Shown: positions 1 through 11,460 of the stretch, piece by piece | Position numbering within the stretch: position 1 is the stretch's first letter | How the letters are laid out: every line of letters begins with the position of its first letter | Source: Gammaproteobacteria bacterium | GTDB lineage: Bacteria > Pseudomonadota > Gammaproteobacteria > Eutrophobiales > Eutrophobiaceae | Direction of reading: 5' to 3' | Length of the DNA: 64,000 nucleotides | NCBI GenBank assembly: GCA_965215365.1 | Contig: CBDCDS010000003.1 | Span: 32,001 to 96,000, forward strand | Program-made: the position numbers and the translations under genes | Notes under the pieces: generated by a model | Database searches by the model: none | The model's input: the letters and a program-made list of their open reading frames with translations, nothing else | Told to the model about the DNA's origin: nothing

Positions 1-1112
1 ACGCTGGGGTCACTGGCCGCCTGGCGCACAAAGTCAATGACCGGGGCAAAAGACTGGAACGGATGGTGCAGCAGAATATCGCCGTTTTTCAGGACATCAA
101 AGATGCTGACGTTTTTTTGCAAACGCGGCGGCAGTTCGGGAGTGAACCCGGGGAAAGTCAGCTCCGGCCGGTCCACCAGGTCGCAGATGGCCATCAGCCG
201 GTTCAGGTTCACCGGCCCGTTCACCTTATACAGGTCGCCCTCTTCCAGATCGAATTGGTGCAATAAAAACGCACTGAGCTCGGTCGGGCAGTTGTCTGCC
301 ACCTCCAGCCGCACCGCGTCATTGAAACGCCGGGACGGCAGTTCCCCTTCCAACGCGATCAACAGGTCGTCCACTTCTTCATCATCCACAAACAGTTCGC
401 TGTTGCGGGTGACCTTGAACTGGTAACAACCCGTCGCAGTCATACCGGGAAACAGGTTATCCACATGGGCATGGATGATGGACGACAACAGCACGAAGTT
501 CCAGTTGCCGTTGCTGATGTCTTCCGGGAGGTGCACCACCCGGGGCAAAGAGCGGGGCGCCTGCACAATGGACAGGCGGGTCTCGCGCCCGAAAGCATCC
601 TTGCCGTCCAGCGACACGATGAAATACAGGTTCTTGTTCAGCACCCGCGGGAACGGATGCACCGGGTCCAGCCCGATGGGGCTCAGCACCGGTAGCACGT
701 TACCGTTGAAATAGCGCTTTATCCAACGGGCCACGGCAGGTTTCCAGCGCGCGCGGCGCAACAGGTGGATCTTTTCCTGCTCCAGCTTCGGCGTGATGGA
801 GCCATTGAGTACCGCGTACTGGTTGTCCACCAGCTCATGGGCGACCCTGCCGATCTGTTTTAAGGTCTCCACCGGGCTGAGGTTGTCGGGGCCAGTCTGC
901 ACGGAACCGTACTTCACCTGCTGTTTGACGCCGGCGACCCGGATCTCGAAGAACTCATCAAGGTTGGTGCTGGCGATGCAGAGGAACTTCAAGCGTTCCA
1001 GCAACGGCAGGGATTCATCCTCGGCTTGGGCAATGACGCGCCGGTTGAACTCCAACAGGCTTAATTCCCGGTTGATATAAAATTCGGGGTTAGTGAGGTT
1101 TGGCGTGTCCAC
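1..1112 (-). CDS. ppk1: Polyphosphate kinase 1, N-terminal part (runs off the window start)
   Basis: Manual translation from GTG 1112: MDTPNLTNPEFYINRELSLLEFNRRVIAQAEDESLPLLERLKFLCIASTNLDEFFEIRVAG, the PPK1 N-terminal signature. Not in the ORF track. Confidence 0.93.
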   Translation of the reverse strand, partial: MDTPNLTNPEFYINRELSLLEFNRRVIAQAEDESLPLLERLKFLCIASTNLDEFFEIRVAGVKQQVKYGSVQTGPDNLSPVETLKQIGRVAHELVDNQYAVLNGSITPKLEQEKIHLLRRARWKPAVARWIKRYFNGNVLPVLSPIGLDPVHPFPRVLNKNLYFIVSLDGKDAFGRETRLSIVQAPRSLPRVVHLPEDISNGNWNFVLLSSIIHAHVDNLFPGMTATGCYQFKVTRNSELFVDDEEVDDLLIALEGELPSRRFNDAVRLEVADNCPTELSAFLLHQFDLEEGDLYKVNGPVNLNRLMAICDLVDRPELTFPGFTPELPPRLQKNVSIFDVLKNGDILLHHPFQSFAPVIDFVRQAASDPS

Positions 1113-1188
1113 TCTGGCACCTTGTTGCGTTAACGCCCGACTCGGAATCCGGCAGACAAACTTCTGTTACAAGGAGTAGTTTTATCGA

Positions 1189-1216
1189 CTAGATTGCGGC
1201 TTGCGCCGGAATGACG
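1189..1216 (-). repeat. REP-like palindromic repeat (CGTCATTCC..GGAATCCAG family)
   Basis: Reverse complement CGTCATTCCGGCGCAAGCCGCAATCTAG; related copies at 38813 and 40041. Confidence 0.65.
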
Positions 1217-1245
1217 GACAGACTTTTTCGCCATTACGCGCAAGC

Positions 1246-1956
1246 TCAACCGTTTTTGACGGTATCTTCCATCTGCTCAATGCTGATATGGCGCACATCC
1301 TTGCCTTCGACAAAATAGATAACGTACTCGCAGATATTGCGAGCATGATCAGCAATGCGCTCTAACGCCCGCGCCACCCACACCGCGTCGATAACGCTGC
1401 TGATGCTGCGTGGATCTTCCATCATATAGGTCACCAGTTGGCGCAACAAGGCGGCGTACTGTTCGTCGGATTCGGGTTCCTTGCCGGCGGTGACCAGGGC
1501 GCCCTGGCTGTCCATACGGGCAAACGCGTCCAGCGCCTCGCGCACCATGCCTATGACAAACATGCCCATAGCATTGATGCCGGTGTAGCAGGAACGATGC
1601 CCCGATTTCTCCGCCAGACTGATGGTCATCCTGGCTATTTTTTCCGCCTCATCACCGATGCGCTCCAAGTCGGTGATAGTCTTGATAACCGCCATCACAA
1701 AACGCAGATCGCCGGCTGCTGGCTGCCGGCGCGCCAGCAACGTCACGCACTCTTCATCAATGGCCACCTCACAGGAGTTCAGCCGGATTTCATTTTCTAT
1801 GACCCGCTCGGCGCGGGACACATCGAAGCGTTTCAGCGCCTCCAGCGCGTCGGAAAACTGCTGCTCGGCCAGCCCCCCCATGGCCAGCACGTTGGAACGT
1901 ATGGTTTCCAACTCATTGTCGAACTGTCTGGAGATGTGCTGAGTGATATTGTTCAT
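1246..1956 (-). CDS. phoU: Phosphate signalling protein PhoU
   Basis: HISRQFDNEL, DLERIGD and ALERIADHARNI motifs; follows pstB. Confidence 0.97.
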   Translation of the reverse strand: MNNITQHISRQFDNELETIRSNVLAMGGLAEQQFSDALEALKRFDVSRAERVIENEIRLNSCEVAIDEECVTLLARRQPAAGDLRFVMAVIKTITDLERIGDEAEKIARMTISLAEKSGHRSCYTGINAMGMFVIGMVREALDAFARMDSQGALVTAGKEPESDEQYAALLRQLVTYMMEDPRSISSVIDAVWVARALERIADHARNICEYVIYFVEGKDVRHISIEQMEDTVKNG

Positions 1957-1994
1957 GCCGTTATCCGCCTGCTGCTCGTAGAGTCTGCCAAAAA

Positions 1995-2849
1995 CTAACC
2001 GTAACGCCCGGTAATGTAATCTTCGGTCATCTTCTCGGCAGGGTTGGTAAACAGGGTATTGGTGTCATTGAACTCGATCATCTCGCCTAAGTACATGTAG
2101 GCCGTATAATCGGATACCCGTGCGGCCTGCTGCATATTGTGCGTCACTATCACGATACTATAGTTGGCCTTGAGTTGGTAGATGAGCTCTTCCACTTTCA
2201 GGGTGGAGATGGGGTCCAGGGCTGAGCAGGGCTCGTCCAGCAATAGGATTTCCGGTTCGATGGCGATGGCCCGGGCAATTACCAGGCGTTGCGCCTGACC
2301 ACCGGAAAGCCCCAGGGCGTTATCATCAAGCCGGTCCTTAACCTCATCCCATAGGGCTGCGCGTTGCAGCGATTTCTCCACCACTGCATCCAGCGTGCGG
2401 CGATTGTTGACGCCCTGGATGCGCAGACCATAAGCCACGTTTTCGTAAATGGACTTGGGAAACGGGTTGGGCTTTTGAAAAACCATGCCGACTTTTCTTC
2501 TGAGCTCGGACACGTTTACCGACTTGTTAAAAATATCTTCGCCGCCAATCCTGATGGCGCCGCTGGTGCGCACCGTATCAATGAGGTCGTTCATACGATT
2601 AAAGGAACGCAGCAGGGTTGACTTGCCGCAACCACTGGGGCCGATGAAGGCGGTGACCTTTTTCTCCGGGATTATCAGGGTAATATCCTTCAAGGCCTGT
2701 TTCTCTCCGTAATACAGGTTGAAACCGCTGACGTTAATACAGGGGGTCTCAGCGGCCAGCGACAGCTTCTCTGCGCCCCCTGCCAGGGTGGCCGGATTCA
2801 CCCCGTGAGTCAGCGTTGCCGCGCGCGCCGGGTTGGTTTGCTCAGTCAC
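1995..2849 (-). CDS. pstB: Phosphate ABC transporter ATPase
   Basis: Walker [24 protein letters not shown]-terminal YITGRYG. Confidence 0.97.
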   Translation of the reverse strand: MTEQTNPARAATLTHGVNPATLAGGAEKLSLAAETPCINVSGFNLYYGEKQALKDITLIIPEKKVTAFIGPSGCGKSTLLRSFNRMNDLIDTVRTSGAIRIGGEDIFNKSVNVSELRRKVGMVFQKPNPFPKSIYENVAYGLRIQGVNNRRTLDAVVEKSLQRAALWDEVKDRLDDNALGLSGGQAQRLVIARAIAIEPEILLLDEPCSALDPISTLKVEELIYQLKANYSIVIVTHNMQQAARVSDYTAYMYLGEMIEFNDTNTLFTNPAEKMTEDYITGRYG

Positions 2850-2863
2850 TTTGTTTTGTCCGG

Positions 2864-4534
2864 TCAGTGTTGCTCGGCGGCCCGATACTTCTCGCGCAGC
2901 CGGTTACGAATTTTAATCGCAGTCAGGTTCAAACAGATAATGATCAGGATCAACAAAAAAGCCGTGGCATATACCAGCGGCCGGGCGGCTTCCACGTTCG
3001 GGCTCTGGAAGCCGACATCATAAATATGAAACCCCAGGTGCATGAACTTGCGGTCCAGGTGCAGGAACGGGAAGTTCCCGTCCAGCGGCAAGGACGGCGC
3101 CAGCTTCACCACTCCCACCAGCATCAACGGCGCCACCTCGCCGGCGGCCCGGGCCACGGCCAGGATCAGGCCGGTCATCATCGCCGAGGCCGTCATCGGC
3201 AGCACCGTGCGCCATAGCGTCTCGGCCTTGGTGGCGCCTAGCGCCAGACTGCCCTCGCGGAGGGCGCGCGGCACTCGCGACAGACCTTCCTCGGTGGACA
3301 CGATGACCACGGGTACGGTCAGTATGGCCAGGGTCAGCGACGCCCACAGAATGCCCGGCGTACCGAAGGTGGGCGCCGGCAGAGACTCGGGGAAAAATAA
3401 TTCGTCAATCGTGCCGCCCAGGAAATAAACGAAAAAACCTAGGCCGAATACCCCGTAAACCACCGACGGCACGCCGGCAAGGTTATTCACGGCGATGCGT
3501 ATCAGCCGGGTCAGCAGCCCTTGTTTGGCATACTCGCGCAGATAGACCGCCGCCACCACGCCAAACGGCGTCACCAGCACCGCCATGATCATCACCATCA
3601 TCACAGTGCCGAAAATAGCCGGGAAAATGCCGCCCTCGGTGTTGGCCTCCCTGGGGTCTCCTGAGACAAACTCCCAGAGTTTCTCAAAGTAGAACGCGAC
3701 CTTGTCGGTGACGCTCATGGCATTCGGCCGGTAGGCGCGCACCACTTTGGCAAACGCAACTTCGGCTTCCTGGCCATCAGCCAGTTGCGCCACAAAAGCA
3801 TACCTGTTCAGTTGTTCGTACAGGCTGGCAAGACGTTCCGTGTACCCGTCATACTCCTCCTGCAATATTGCGCGTTGTGCCGCTATCCCCATGTAGGCAG
3901 GGCCGCCTTCAGGTTGGCCATCCAGAGCCAGCCGCCGTTCCCGGAGGCGCAGCCGTTCCATATCATAATTCACCGAACCTATCAGATTTTTCTCAATATG
4001 GCGTATTTCTCCCAGCAACTGCTGGCTGTCGGCGATGTAGCGCTGGAATAAGGCCCAGTCCGGGTCGGCATGAACCACTTCGCCATCCCCCTTGATGGCT
4101 TTCAGGTAACCGTAGAAGTTCCCCCACTCATACCTCTCCACGGCCATGAGGTCGGCCGGGTAAGACAGGTTACGCACGGCGACATCCAGCACCCAGCGGT
4201 AGTCAAAACCAGTGTAATCCCGGTTGCCGATCCGGACCAGACTGCGCTCGATAATATCGATATCCGCCGGCACACGGCTGTCGTTGCCCGCCAACCGGGC
4301 GCGCGGCACTGCTTCGGCATCAATGAATTCACCTGCCAACGCAATCACGGCACCGTCGCTGTCGGTGTAAGCAAACGCGGCCACGTCACTCGGCCAAAAA
4401 TGGCCCAGACCGCGCACCATGATCAGGAGAATCAGGCCGACCACCATGATGATCGACAGGCTGACGGCGCCCGCATTCAACCAGACGAAAGGTTCGCCGC
4501 TGTTAAACCAGTGCCTGAACGAGGAGCGGCTCAT
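2864..4534 (-). CDS. pstA: Phosphate ABC transporter permease PstA (long form)
   Basis: [38 protein letters not shown]. Confidence 0.95.
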   Translation of the reverse strand: MSRSSFRHWFNSGEPFVWLNAGAVSLSIIMVVGLILLIMVRGLGHFWPSDVAAFAYTDSDGAVIALAGEFIDAEAVPRARLAGNDSRVPADIDIIERSLVRIGNRDYTGFDYRWVLDVAVRNLSYPADLMAVERYEWGNFYGYLKAIKGDGEVVHADPDWALFQRYIADSQQLLGEIRHIEKNLIGSVNYDMERLRLRERRLALDGQPEGGPAYMGIAAQRAILQEEYDGYTERLASLYEQLNRYAFVAQLADGQEAEVAFAKVVRAYRPNAMSVTDKVAFYFEKLWEFVSGDPREANTEGGIFPAIFGTVMMVMIMAVLVTPFGVVAAVYLREYAKQGLLTRLIRIAVNNLAGVPSVVYGVFGLGFFVYFLGGTIDELFFPESLPAPTFGTPGILWASLTLAILTVPVVIVSTEEGLSRVPRALREGSLALGATKAETLWRTVLPMTASAMMTGLILAVARAAGEVAPLMLVGVVKLAPSLPLDGNFPFLHLDRKFMHLGFHIYDVGFQSPNVEAARPLVYATAFLLILIIICLNLTAIKIRNRLREKYRAAEQH

Positions 4535-6792
4535 AACGAACTGTATTTTACCCGCAGCCGCTGCCTGACGACCTCGGCAACGGTGTTGAACAGAAACGTA
4601 GCCAGGAACAGCACCAGGCCGGCCAGGAACAAGAGTCGGTAATGGGTGCTGCCGACCTCGGATTCCGGCATTTCCACGGCGATATTGGCGGACAGGGCGC
4701 GAAATCCCTCAAAGATATTCATGTCCATGATGGCCGTATTGCCCGTAGCCATGAGCACGATCATGGTCTCGCCCACGGCCCGGCCCAGGCCGATCATCAC
4801 CGCGGAAAAAATGCCGGGGCTGGCGGTCAGCAACACCACCCTCACCACCGTCTGCCAGGGTGTGGCGCCCAGAGCCAAAGAACCGGTCGTCAGGTGTTTG
4901 GGCACGCCGTACACGGCGTCTTCACTGATGGAAAAAATAGTGGGGATCACAGCAAAGCCCATGGCAATGCCCACCACTAGGGAGTTTCTCTGGTCGTAGG
5001 TGATACCCAGTTCATCGGTCAGCCACAACGGCATATTGCCGGCGAACAGGGCAATCTCGATGGGCTTGCTGAGCGCAAAGGCGAACAGGGCCGTGGCAAT
5101 AATAACCGGCACCAGCAGGGCCGCTTCCCAGCCCTCCGGCACCTTGTGGCGCACGCGGTCCGGCAGGCGGCTCCAGCCGTAGGCGGCGCCGATCATGCTC
5201 AGCGGCAACAGCAACAGGCACAGAAACAAGCCCGGCATGTTCTGCTCCACGAACGGCGCAAACCACAGGCCGGCGAGAAAGCCGAGTATCACCGTGGGCA
5301 AGGCTTCCATTATTTCAATGGTGGGTTTGACCAGCCCGCGCATTTTCGCCGACATGAAATAAGCGGTGTAGATGGCGCCCATAATAGCCAGCGGGACGGC
5401 GAACAACATGGCATAAAACGCCGCCTTCAAGGTGCCGTAGGCTAACGGCGTGAGGCTGAATTTCGGTTCAAAATCGCTGCTGGCCGAGGAGGATTGCCAG
5501 ATGTGTTCCGGTTGCTCCCGGCTCTCATACCAGACCTTGCCCCAGATCGCCGACCAGGATATTTCCGGGTGCTCGTTGTCTATCTCCCGGAATTGCAGCG
5601 TGCCGCTCTCATCTTCCACCAGCATGGCATTCGCGCGCGGCGCCACCGCCAGATGCGTCAGCCTGCGCGCGCTGATTTGCTGCAGCTGCACGGTGCGCTG
5701 CGCGGTGGTGTGATAAATGCCCAGGTAGCCGGTGTCATCGGTGGCCAGAAAACCCTTTCTGAAATACTCAGGCGCAATAGCCGTGATAGGCGCCGACTGT
5801 GAGGCAAACGCGCGTATTGGCTCGAGCGTGTAGTTGTTGTGCGCATCGCGCACCGGGAACCACTGAGTGATCTTGCCCGCGGAATCACCCACTAGGATGG
5901 AAATGCCACCACTGAGAAAAGACAGGCTGGTAATTTCTATCGGGGTGCGTACCGCCGGCAGCCGTTGCACCAGCGCCGGTTCGGCTTTGTTGCTGACATC
6001 GTACCAGGCAATCAACCCGCCCCGTTCGGCCACATAGAGTTCCCGGTGTTCCACATCCAGCGCCAGCAACATCACCTCGCCGGCCACCGGAATCCGGCTG
6101 CGGGTGATGGTGGTTGCCACTTCATCGCCCAGCAATGACTGCTGTTTGGTGACGTTCACCAGCAACAGGCGCCGGTCTGCCGTGAGCGCCGCGACCGTGA
6201 CCTGATCCTCATCGGCCTGGGCGGTGATCAGGTTGAGCGGCTGGCCGGCCTCATCAATGAGCAGTGGCGCGTTGCCGACGGGCCAGTCTATTCCCGGCCG
6301 AATGACGCGCACATCCTGCGGATAACTCACCTGGTATGCGTGTACCGCCAGCAGGGCGCTACCGTCATCGAGCCCAAGGGCCAGCAGCCGTTGGGACGGG
6401 TCGCCGGTCGCGAATGCAGTGACCTGCGCCGGGGTTTCTCCCGTCAACAACTGCCGCCGCACCAGACTGCCGTCGGTGGTGTTGAAAAACACGGCGCTGC
6501 CGTCGCCGGTGACCCGCAGGCCAATTTCACGTTGCTCTTCCATGGCGTAATACAAGGTCTCCGTTGCGGCGCCGGCAGGCACCGGGTAGCTCGCCACCGG
6601 TTCAATATGTGGCGGCTTGAACATCGGCACGACGACGTAAAACAGGTAGAACGCGATCAGGACAATGGCGATGATGACGCTGATGCCGCCCAGCGCCATG
6701 ACATAGCGCATCAGCACATCTTTCAGGTGGCGATAATAGCGATATTTTTGTGCGGTGGCTGAACTCAGCGATGTTGAACTTGCCTCGTTCAT
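4531..6792 (-). CDS. pstC: Phosphate ABC transporter permease PstC (long form, large periplasmic domain)
   Basis: EIMEALPTVILG, GRAVGETMIV; lies between pstS and pstA. Confidence 0.94.
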   Translation of the reverse strand: MNEASSTSLSSATAQKYRYYRHLKDVLMRYVMALGGISVIIAIVLIAFYLFYVVVPMFKPPHIEPVASYPVPAGAATETLYYAMEEQREIGLRVTGDGSAVFFNTTDGSLVRRQLLTGETPAQVTAFATGDPSQRLLALGLDDGSALLAVHAYQVSYPQDVRVIRPGIDWPVGNAPLLIDEAGQPLNLITAQADEDQVTVAALTADRRLLLVNVTKQQSLLGDEVATTITRSRIPVAGEVMLLALDVEHRELYVAERGGLIAWYDVSNKAEPALVQRLPAVRTPIEITSLSFLSGGISILVGDSAGKITQWFPVRDAHNNYTLEPIRAFASQSAPITAIAPEYFRKGFLATDDTGYLGIYHTTAQRTVQLQQISARRLTHLAVAPRANAMLVEDESGTLQFREIDNEHPEISWSAIWGKVWYESREQPEHIWQSSSASSDFEPKFSLTPLAYGTLKAAFYAMLFAVPLAIMGAIYTAYFMSAKMRGLVKPTIEIMEALPTVILGFLAGLWFAPFVEQNMPGLFLCLLLLPLSMIGAAYGWSRLPDRVRHKVPEGWEAALLVPVIIATALFAFALSKPIEIALFAGNMPLWLTDELGITYDQRNSLVVGIAMGFAVIPTIFSISEDAVYGVPKHLTTGSLALGATPWQTVVRVVLLTASPGIFSAVMIGLGRAVGETMIVLMATGNTAIMDMNIFEGFRALSANIAVEMPESEVGSTHYRLLFLAGLVLFLATFLFNTVAEVVRQRLRVKYSSL

Positions 6793-6826
6793 TGCCGGGG
6801 CTCAATACGCTGCCGCGCAGACCTCA

Positions 6827-7804
6827 TCAGTTGCCGCCGCCGGCCGCCGCGCCGACACCGGCCAGCTGCCTGGCGGCAACGCCGGCCGGCAGTGGGATAT
6901 ACCCATCCTTGACAACCACTTCCTGCCCGGTCTTCGACATAACCATCCTGATGAACTCCCGTTCCAATGGGGGCAACGGGTCGTTCGGCGCCTTGTTCAC
7001 ATAAACATAAAGAAATCGTGCCAGGGGATACGTCCCGGCGACCGCATTGGCGGCGCTGGCTGTTATGAATTCGGCGCCGTCCTTGCTCAGCGGCACTGCG
7101 CGTACGCCGGAGGTGCGGTAGCCGATACCGGAATAACCGATACCGTTGATCGACTTGGTTACCCCTTGCACTACGGACGCAGAACCGGGCTGTTCATTGA
7201 CATTATTCTTGAAGTCACCTTTGCACAGCGCCACTTTTTTGAAGTAACCATAGGTGCCGGACACCGAATTACGCCCATATAACTGTAGCGGACGATTGCT
7301 CCAGCCGTCGCCCAACCGCAGTTGCCCCCAACGGGTGATGTCCTCGGGGTGGCCGCACTTGCGGGTGGCGGAGAACACCGCGTCCACCTGCGCAATGGTC
7401 ATACCGGTCAACGGGTTGTCCTTGTGTACATACACCGCCAGCGCATCGATGGCGACTGCGACCGGAGTCGGCTTGTAACCGTAGCGGGTCTCGAACCCGG
7501 CCACCTCCTTGTTTTTCATCATGCGGCTCATGGGGCCGAAGTTGGCCGTCCCCTCCGTCAGCGCCGGCGGCGCGGTGGAGGAACCTGCCGCCTGAATCTG
7601 TACATTGACATTGGGATAGAGTTTCTTGAATTCCTCCGCCCACAAGGTCATCAGGTTCGCCAGCGTATCAGAGCCGACACTGATCACGTTGCCTGAGACG
7701 CCGCTGGACTTGCTGTAAGCGGCCAGCTCCGGATCCAGTTCCACGGCTGTTACGGGCGCCGAGATGCACAACGCCAGGATTAACGACAGGAATTTATTGG
7801 TCAT
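6827..7804 (-). CDS. pstS: Phosphate-binding periplasmic protein
   Basis: Signal peptide; [24 protein letters not shown]. Confidence 0.95.
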   Translation of the reverse strand: MTNKFLSLILALCISAPVTAVELDPELAAYSKSSGVSGNVISVGSDTLANLMTLWAEEFKKLYPNVNVQIQAAGSSTAPPALTEGTANFGPMSRMMKNKEVAGFETRYGYKPTPVAVAIDALAVYVHKDNPLTGMTIAQVDAVFSATRKCGHPEDITRWGQLRLGDGWSNRPLQLYGRNSVSGTYGYFKKVALCKGDFKNNVNEQPGSASVVQGVTKSINGIGYSGIGYRTSGVRAVPLSKDGAEFITASAANAVAGTYPLARFLYVYVNKAPNDPLPPLEREFIRMVMSKTGQEVVVKDGYIPLPAGVAARQLAGVGAAAGGGN

Positions 7805-7848
7805 AATAATAGTCTCTCTACAAGGTCGGGTGGCTTATACAGCTACGC

Positions 7849-7885
7849 AGTATTGAACAACAGAATTGTTAAGGAAATGTGACAA
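7849..7885 (-). promoter_or_regulatory. Pho box and -10 element of pstS
   Basis: Minus strand TTGTCAC-ATTT-CCTTAAC, then CAATACT 12 nt downstream, the same spacing as at phoB. Confidence 0.6.
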
Positions 7886-7889
7886 CATT

Positions 7890-9179
7890 CTACCGGACCA
7901 GACGGTGCTCCGGGATCAGGCATGTTACCGTTGTGCCCTGCCCCGGTTCACTGCTGATAGTTAATTCGGCATCATGCTGCACCATGACGTGCCGGGCAAT
8001 GGACAGGCCGAGGCCGGTACCTCCTTTTTCCCTAGAACGTCCCTTGTCCACCCGGTAGAAACGCTCTGTGACGCGATGGATATGCTCTGCCGGGATACCG
8101 TCGCCGGAATCCGTCACTTCCAGGCAGGCGCCAGCGTTCGTCTGGTACCATTTAATCCTGATTTCGCTGCCGGCGGGGGTATATTGCACGGCGTTAAACA
8201 CAATATTGGAAAAGGCGCTGTAGAGGCTGTCGTAATCTCCCCTGACGTTCAGGCACGGTTGCAGTTCCGGCGTGAATACATGGTTGTACTCTGCACTCAA
8301 GGTCTGTGCTTCGGCCTGTATCGCCGAGAGTAACTCGGTCATATCCACTTCATTATCAAGTTTTGCCGGCGGGTCGCTTTCCAGTCTTGATAGTTTCAGC
8401 AGATCTTCAATCAGGTTCTGCATGCGCCGGGTCTGGTTGCGCATTTGCCTGACGCGTGGTTGCCAATCCGGCAACAGCTCTGCGGTTTCATGTTCCACGG
8501 CTTCAAGATAACCGGCGAGCACCGTGATAGGCGTGCGCAGCTCATGGGAGGCGTTGGCGATAAAATCCTTGCGCATCCGGTTGGCGCGCCGAATCTCCGT
8601 GATATTTCCCGCCACCAGCAGCAGGGACGATTCGGCATACCTGATGATCCTGATTTCCAGACTGGTCTCCGCGTTCAACGGCGAGCTGATAACCAGACTT
8701 TCAGGCGCGCTTCCATTACCTGCAGCAGTGAGATAATCCAGCAAATCGGGTTGTCTGATGAGGTGCGAGAAGCGTTGTCCGCGGTCCCTGGGAAAGGCTA
8801 TGCCCAGGTATTCGGCGGCCTTTTTGTTGGCCCAGTCCACCTGACCGTCGGCGTTCATAACCACAACGGCATCGGGCAGGGCCTCGGTGGCCTCTTCAAA
8901 ACGCGCCAGCCGGGCGGATAGTTCTGCCGCGCGCCGCTTAGTGCGTGCGCGCAGGGAACTGATTTCCCTGATGATCTCGTTGATAACACCGGGGGTGTCC
9001 GGTGGACTTTGGGCGGGGCCCTGGCGCAGGAATTTGCTGATATAGCGCAACATCCGGTATTGCCATACCAGGCACACCAGCAGGCCCGCACACAGGCCGA
9101 TGAAAACGTTGCCGGCAAACTGTCCGGCCAGACCGGAGAGGATAACTATGGAGCCCAGCCGCAAGAGGTCAGGATGCAT
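7890..9179 (-). CDS. phoR: Phosphate regulon sensor kinase
   Basis: H-box DFIANASHELRTP, ERFYRVDKGRSR, GTGLGL. Confidence 0.96.
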   Translation of the reverse strand: MHPDLLRLGSIVILSGLAGQFAGNVFIGLCAGLLVCLVWQYRMLRYISKFLRQGPAQSPPDTPGVINEIIREISSLRARTKRRAAELSARLARFEEATEALPDAVVVMNADGQVDWANKKAAEYLGIAFPRDRGQRFSHLIRQPDLLDYLTAAGNGSAPESLVISSPLNAETSLEIRIIRYAESSLLLVAGNITEIRRANRMRKDFIANASHELRTPITVLAGYLEAVEHETAELLPDWQPRVRQMRNQTRRMQNLIEDLLKLSRLESDPPAKLDNEVDMTELLSAIQAEAQTLSAEYNHVFTPELQPCLNVRGDYDSLYSAFSNIVFNAVQYTPAGSEIRIKWYQTNAGACLEVTDSGDGIPAEHIHRVTERFYRVDKGRSREKGGTGLGLSIARHVMVQHDAELTISSEPGQGTTVTCLIPEHRLVR

Positions 9180-9194
9180 GGCTGCCGGTAACGT

Positions 9195-9884
9195 TCAGTT
9201 TTTGGCGGAAAAGCGGTATCCGACGCTACGCACTGTCTGAATCAGGTGGCTGTAATGGTAAGGCTCCAGGGTCTTGCGCAAACGCCGGATATGCACATCT
9301 ACAGTGCGCTCTTCGACATAGACGTTCTGACCCCAGACATGGTCCAGCAACTGGCCGCGGCTATAGACCCGTTCCGGATGAGTAATGAAGAAATGCAGCA
9401 GACGAAATTCCGTGGGGCTGATTTCCACAATCTGCTCATCCACGGTGACCCGGAACGTTTCTGTGTCCAAGGCCAGCCCGTGCACGGAAATAACACCGTC
9501 GGCGTCGGTATTTTTGGTGCGCCTCAGCAGCGCCCGGATGCGCGCCAGCAGTTCCTTGCCGGAGAACGGTTTGGTGATGTAATCGTCGGCGCCGGTGTCT
9601 AGGCCGCGCACCTTGTCTGATTCTTCCCCGCGCGCGGTCAGCATGATGATCGGAATGTCCCTGGTATCGGGGCTGTTACGGATGCGCCGGGCATAATCCA
9701 CCCCACTCATGCCCGGCAGCATCCAGTCCAGCAGCAGCAGATCGGGCTTGTCCGCGGCAATCAACGAGCGCGCCTGTTGCACATCTGCGGCTTCCCGGAA
9801 GGTATAACCTTCTTTCATAAGCGTATAACCGAGCATTTCCCTGATGGGCGCCTCGTCCTCAACGAGGAGAATCTTACCTTTCAT
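9195..9884 (-). CDS. phoB: Phosphate regulon response regulator
   Basis: Receiver domain LLDWMLPG plus winged helix ERTVDVHIRRLRK. Start placed at ATG 9884 (MKGKILL) because ATG 9905 abuts the -10 element. Confidence 0.96.
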   Translation of the reverse strand: MKGKILLVEDEAPIREMLGYTLMKEGYTFREAADVQQARSLIAADKPDLLLLDWMLPGMSGVDYARRIRNSPDTRDIPIIMLTARGEESDKVRGLDTGADDYITKPFSGKELLARIRALLRRTKNTDADGVISVHGLALDTETFRVTVDEQIVEISPTEFRLLHFFITHPERVYSRGQLLDHVWGQNVYVEERTVDVHIRRLRKTLEPYHYSHLIQTVRSVGYRFSAKN

Positions 9885-9908
9885 AAGCTGGCTGTGCCGG
9901 AGCATGGG

Positions 9909-9945
9909 AGTATTACGCAGCCATTATATTACAGGATGATGACAC
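9909..9945 (-). promoter_or_regulatory. Pho box and -10 element of phoBR
   Basis: Minus strand GTGTCAT-CATC-CTGTAAT (9945-9928), then TAATACT; matches the CTGTCAT-N4-CTGT(C/A)A(C/T) consensus. Confidence 0.8.
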
Positions 9946-10012
9946 CGGCTCAAAGGCCGAGCACGGAATCACACCCGCCGGGGGCGAACCCCGTTTCATG
10001 CAAACAGGCGGC

Positions 10013-11329
10013 TTACATGGTCAGGATGCTGAGCAGGTTCTTGTAGTCTTCCTCAATCCGGTTATCGCGCTGGCGCAATTCATCCACCTTCCGGTGCGCG
10101 TGCAGCACGGTAGTATGGTCGCGCCCGCCGAATGAATCGCCGATCTCCGGCAGGCTGTGGTTGGTCAGCTCCTTGGCCAGGGCCATGGCGACCTGCCGCG
10201 GCCGGGCGATGGAACGGGTTTTCCGTTTTGACAGCAAATCGGCCACCTTGATCTTGTAATACCCGGCGGTCACTTTCTGGATGTTCTCCAGGGTGACCTG
10301 ACGCTCCTGTAACAGCAGCAAATCGCGCAAGGCCTGTTGGCAGAACTCGATGTTAATGGGTTGGCCGGTCAGGTTGGCATTGGCGATGACCCGGTTCAAG
10401 GCGCCCTCCAGCTCGCGCACATTGGAAACGAAGTGCTTGGCGATGAAAAAGGCGACATTGTCCGGCAGGTCGATCTGCGCGCGCTCCGCCTTGGACTTGA
10501 CGATGGCCACCCGGGTCTCGTATTCCGGCGGCTCGATGGCAACCGTCAGACCACTGCTGAAACGTGAGCGCAACCGACCTTCTATGCCGTCAACCTCCTT
10601 GGGGTAACGGTCACAGGTCAGCACCACCTGGTTTTTTCCTTCCAGCAAGGTGTTGAACGTGTAGAAAAACTCTTCCTGCGACCGATCTTTGCCGGCAAAG
10701 AACTGGATATCATCGATCAGCAACACATCCAGGGAACGATAATTACGCTTGAACTCGTCGATGGTATTGTGGCGCAAGGCATTTACCATATCCGCCACAA
10801 AGCGTTCGGAGTGCAGGTAGGCGATGTTCATGCCGGGACTGCGTTCTAGGATGGAGTTGCCAATGGCGTGCATCAGGTGCGTCTTGCCGAGACCGACACC
10901 GCCGCACATGAACAACGGGTTATAGGCCGTACCAGGGTTCTCCGCGACCTGAATGGACGCGGCCCGGGCCAGTTGATTCGACTTGCCCTCGACAAACGAG
11001 TCGAACCGGTAACTGCGGTTAAGGTTTTCTGGCAGATAGCCGCGGTTGGCGGCGTTCACCTGAGGCTGCGCCTTCTGTCTGCCCCCCTTCTTCTGGCTGC
11101 CGACCTCAACGGACAAGGACAGCTTAGCGCCCTGTTCGCAGCGCTGCAACAACTCATTGATGCGTTGCAGGTACTTCTCACTGACCCAGTCCAGCACAAA
11201 ACGGTTCGGTGCCAGCAAGCGCAACTTACCCTTGCTCTGTATGGCCTGTAACGGGCGAATCCAGGTGTTGAACTGGTCCGGCGGCAATTCACCGGAAAGT
11301 TGCTCAAGACATGTTTTCCAAACCGACAT
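10013..11329 (-). CDS. dnaA: Chromosomal replication initiator DnaA
   Basis: [44 protein letters not shown]. Confidence 0.99.
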   Translation of the reverse strand: MSVWKTCLEQLSGELPPDQFNTWIRPLQAIQSKGKLRLLAPNRFVLDWVSEKYLQRINELLQRCEQGAKLSLSVEVGSQKKGGRQKAQPQVNAANRGYLPENLNRSYRFDSFVEGKSNQLARAASIQVAENPGTAYNPLFMCGGVGLGKTHLMHAIGNSILERSPGMNIAYLHSERFVADMVNALRHNTIDEFKRNYRSLDVLLIDDIQFFAGKDRSQEEFFYTFNTLLEGKNQVVLTCDRYPKEVDGIEGRLRSRFSSGLTVAIEPPEYETRVAIVKSKAERAQIDLPDNVAFFIAKHFVSNVRELEGALNRVIANANLTGQPINIEFCQQALRDLLLLQERQVTLENIQKVTAGYYKIKVADLLSKRKTRSIARPRQVAMALAKELTNHSLPEIGDSFGGRDHTTVLHAHRKVDELRQRDNRIEEDYKNLLSILTM

Positions 11330-11375
11330 CTGTACCCAGCACCCTCACGAGAAGCAAAACGGGAAGAGGGCTACA

Positions 11376-11405
11376 AGTTTATACTTGTTGGGCAGGGTTG
11401 TTCAA
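11376..11405 (-). promoter_or_regulatory. Putative sigma70 promoter of dnaA
   Basis: Minus strand TTGAAC-16-TATAAA(CT), overlapped by the palindrome ACAAGT-N4-ACTTGT. Confidence 0.4.
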
Positions 11406-11460
11406 TACTTCGCGGCTCTGCGCGGTCCTGTTTTTTGAAATTTTTAGTACTTCGGGTCGC

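Noticed and set aside
457-465. Perfect DnaA box TTATCCACA
   Set aside because: A single copy inside ppk1, about 10 kb from dnaA; consistent with chance.
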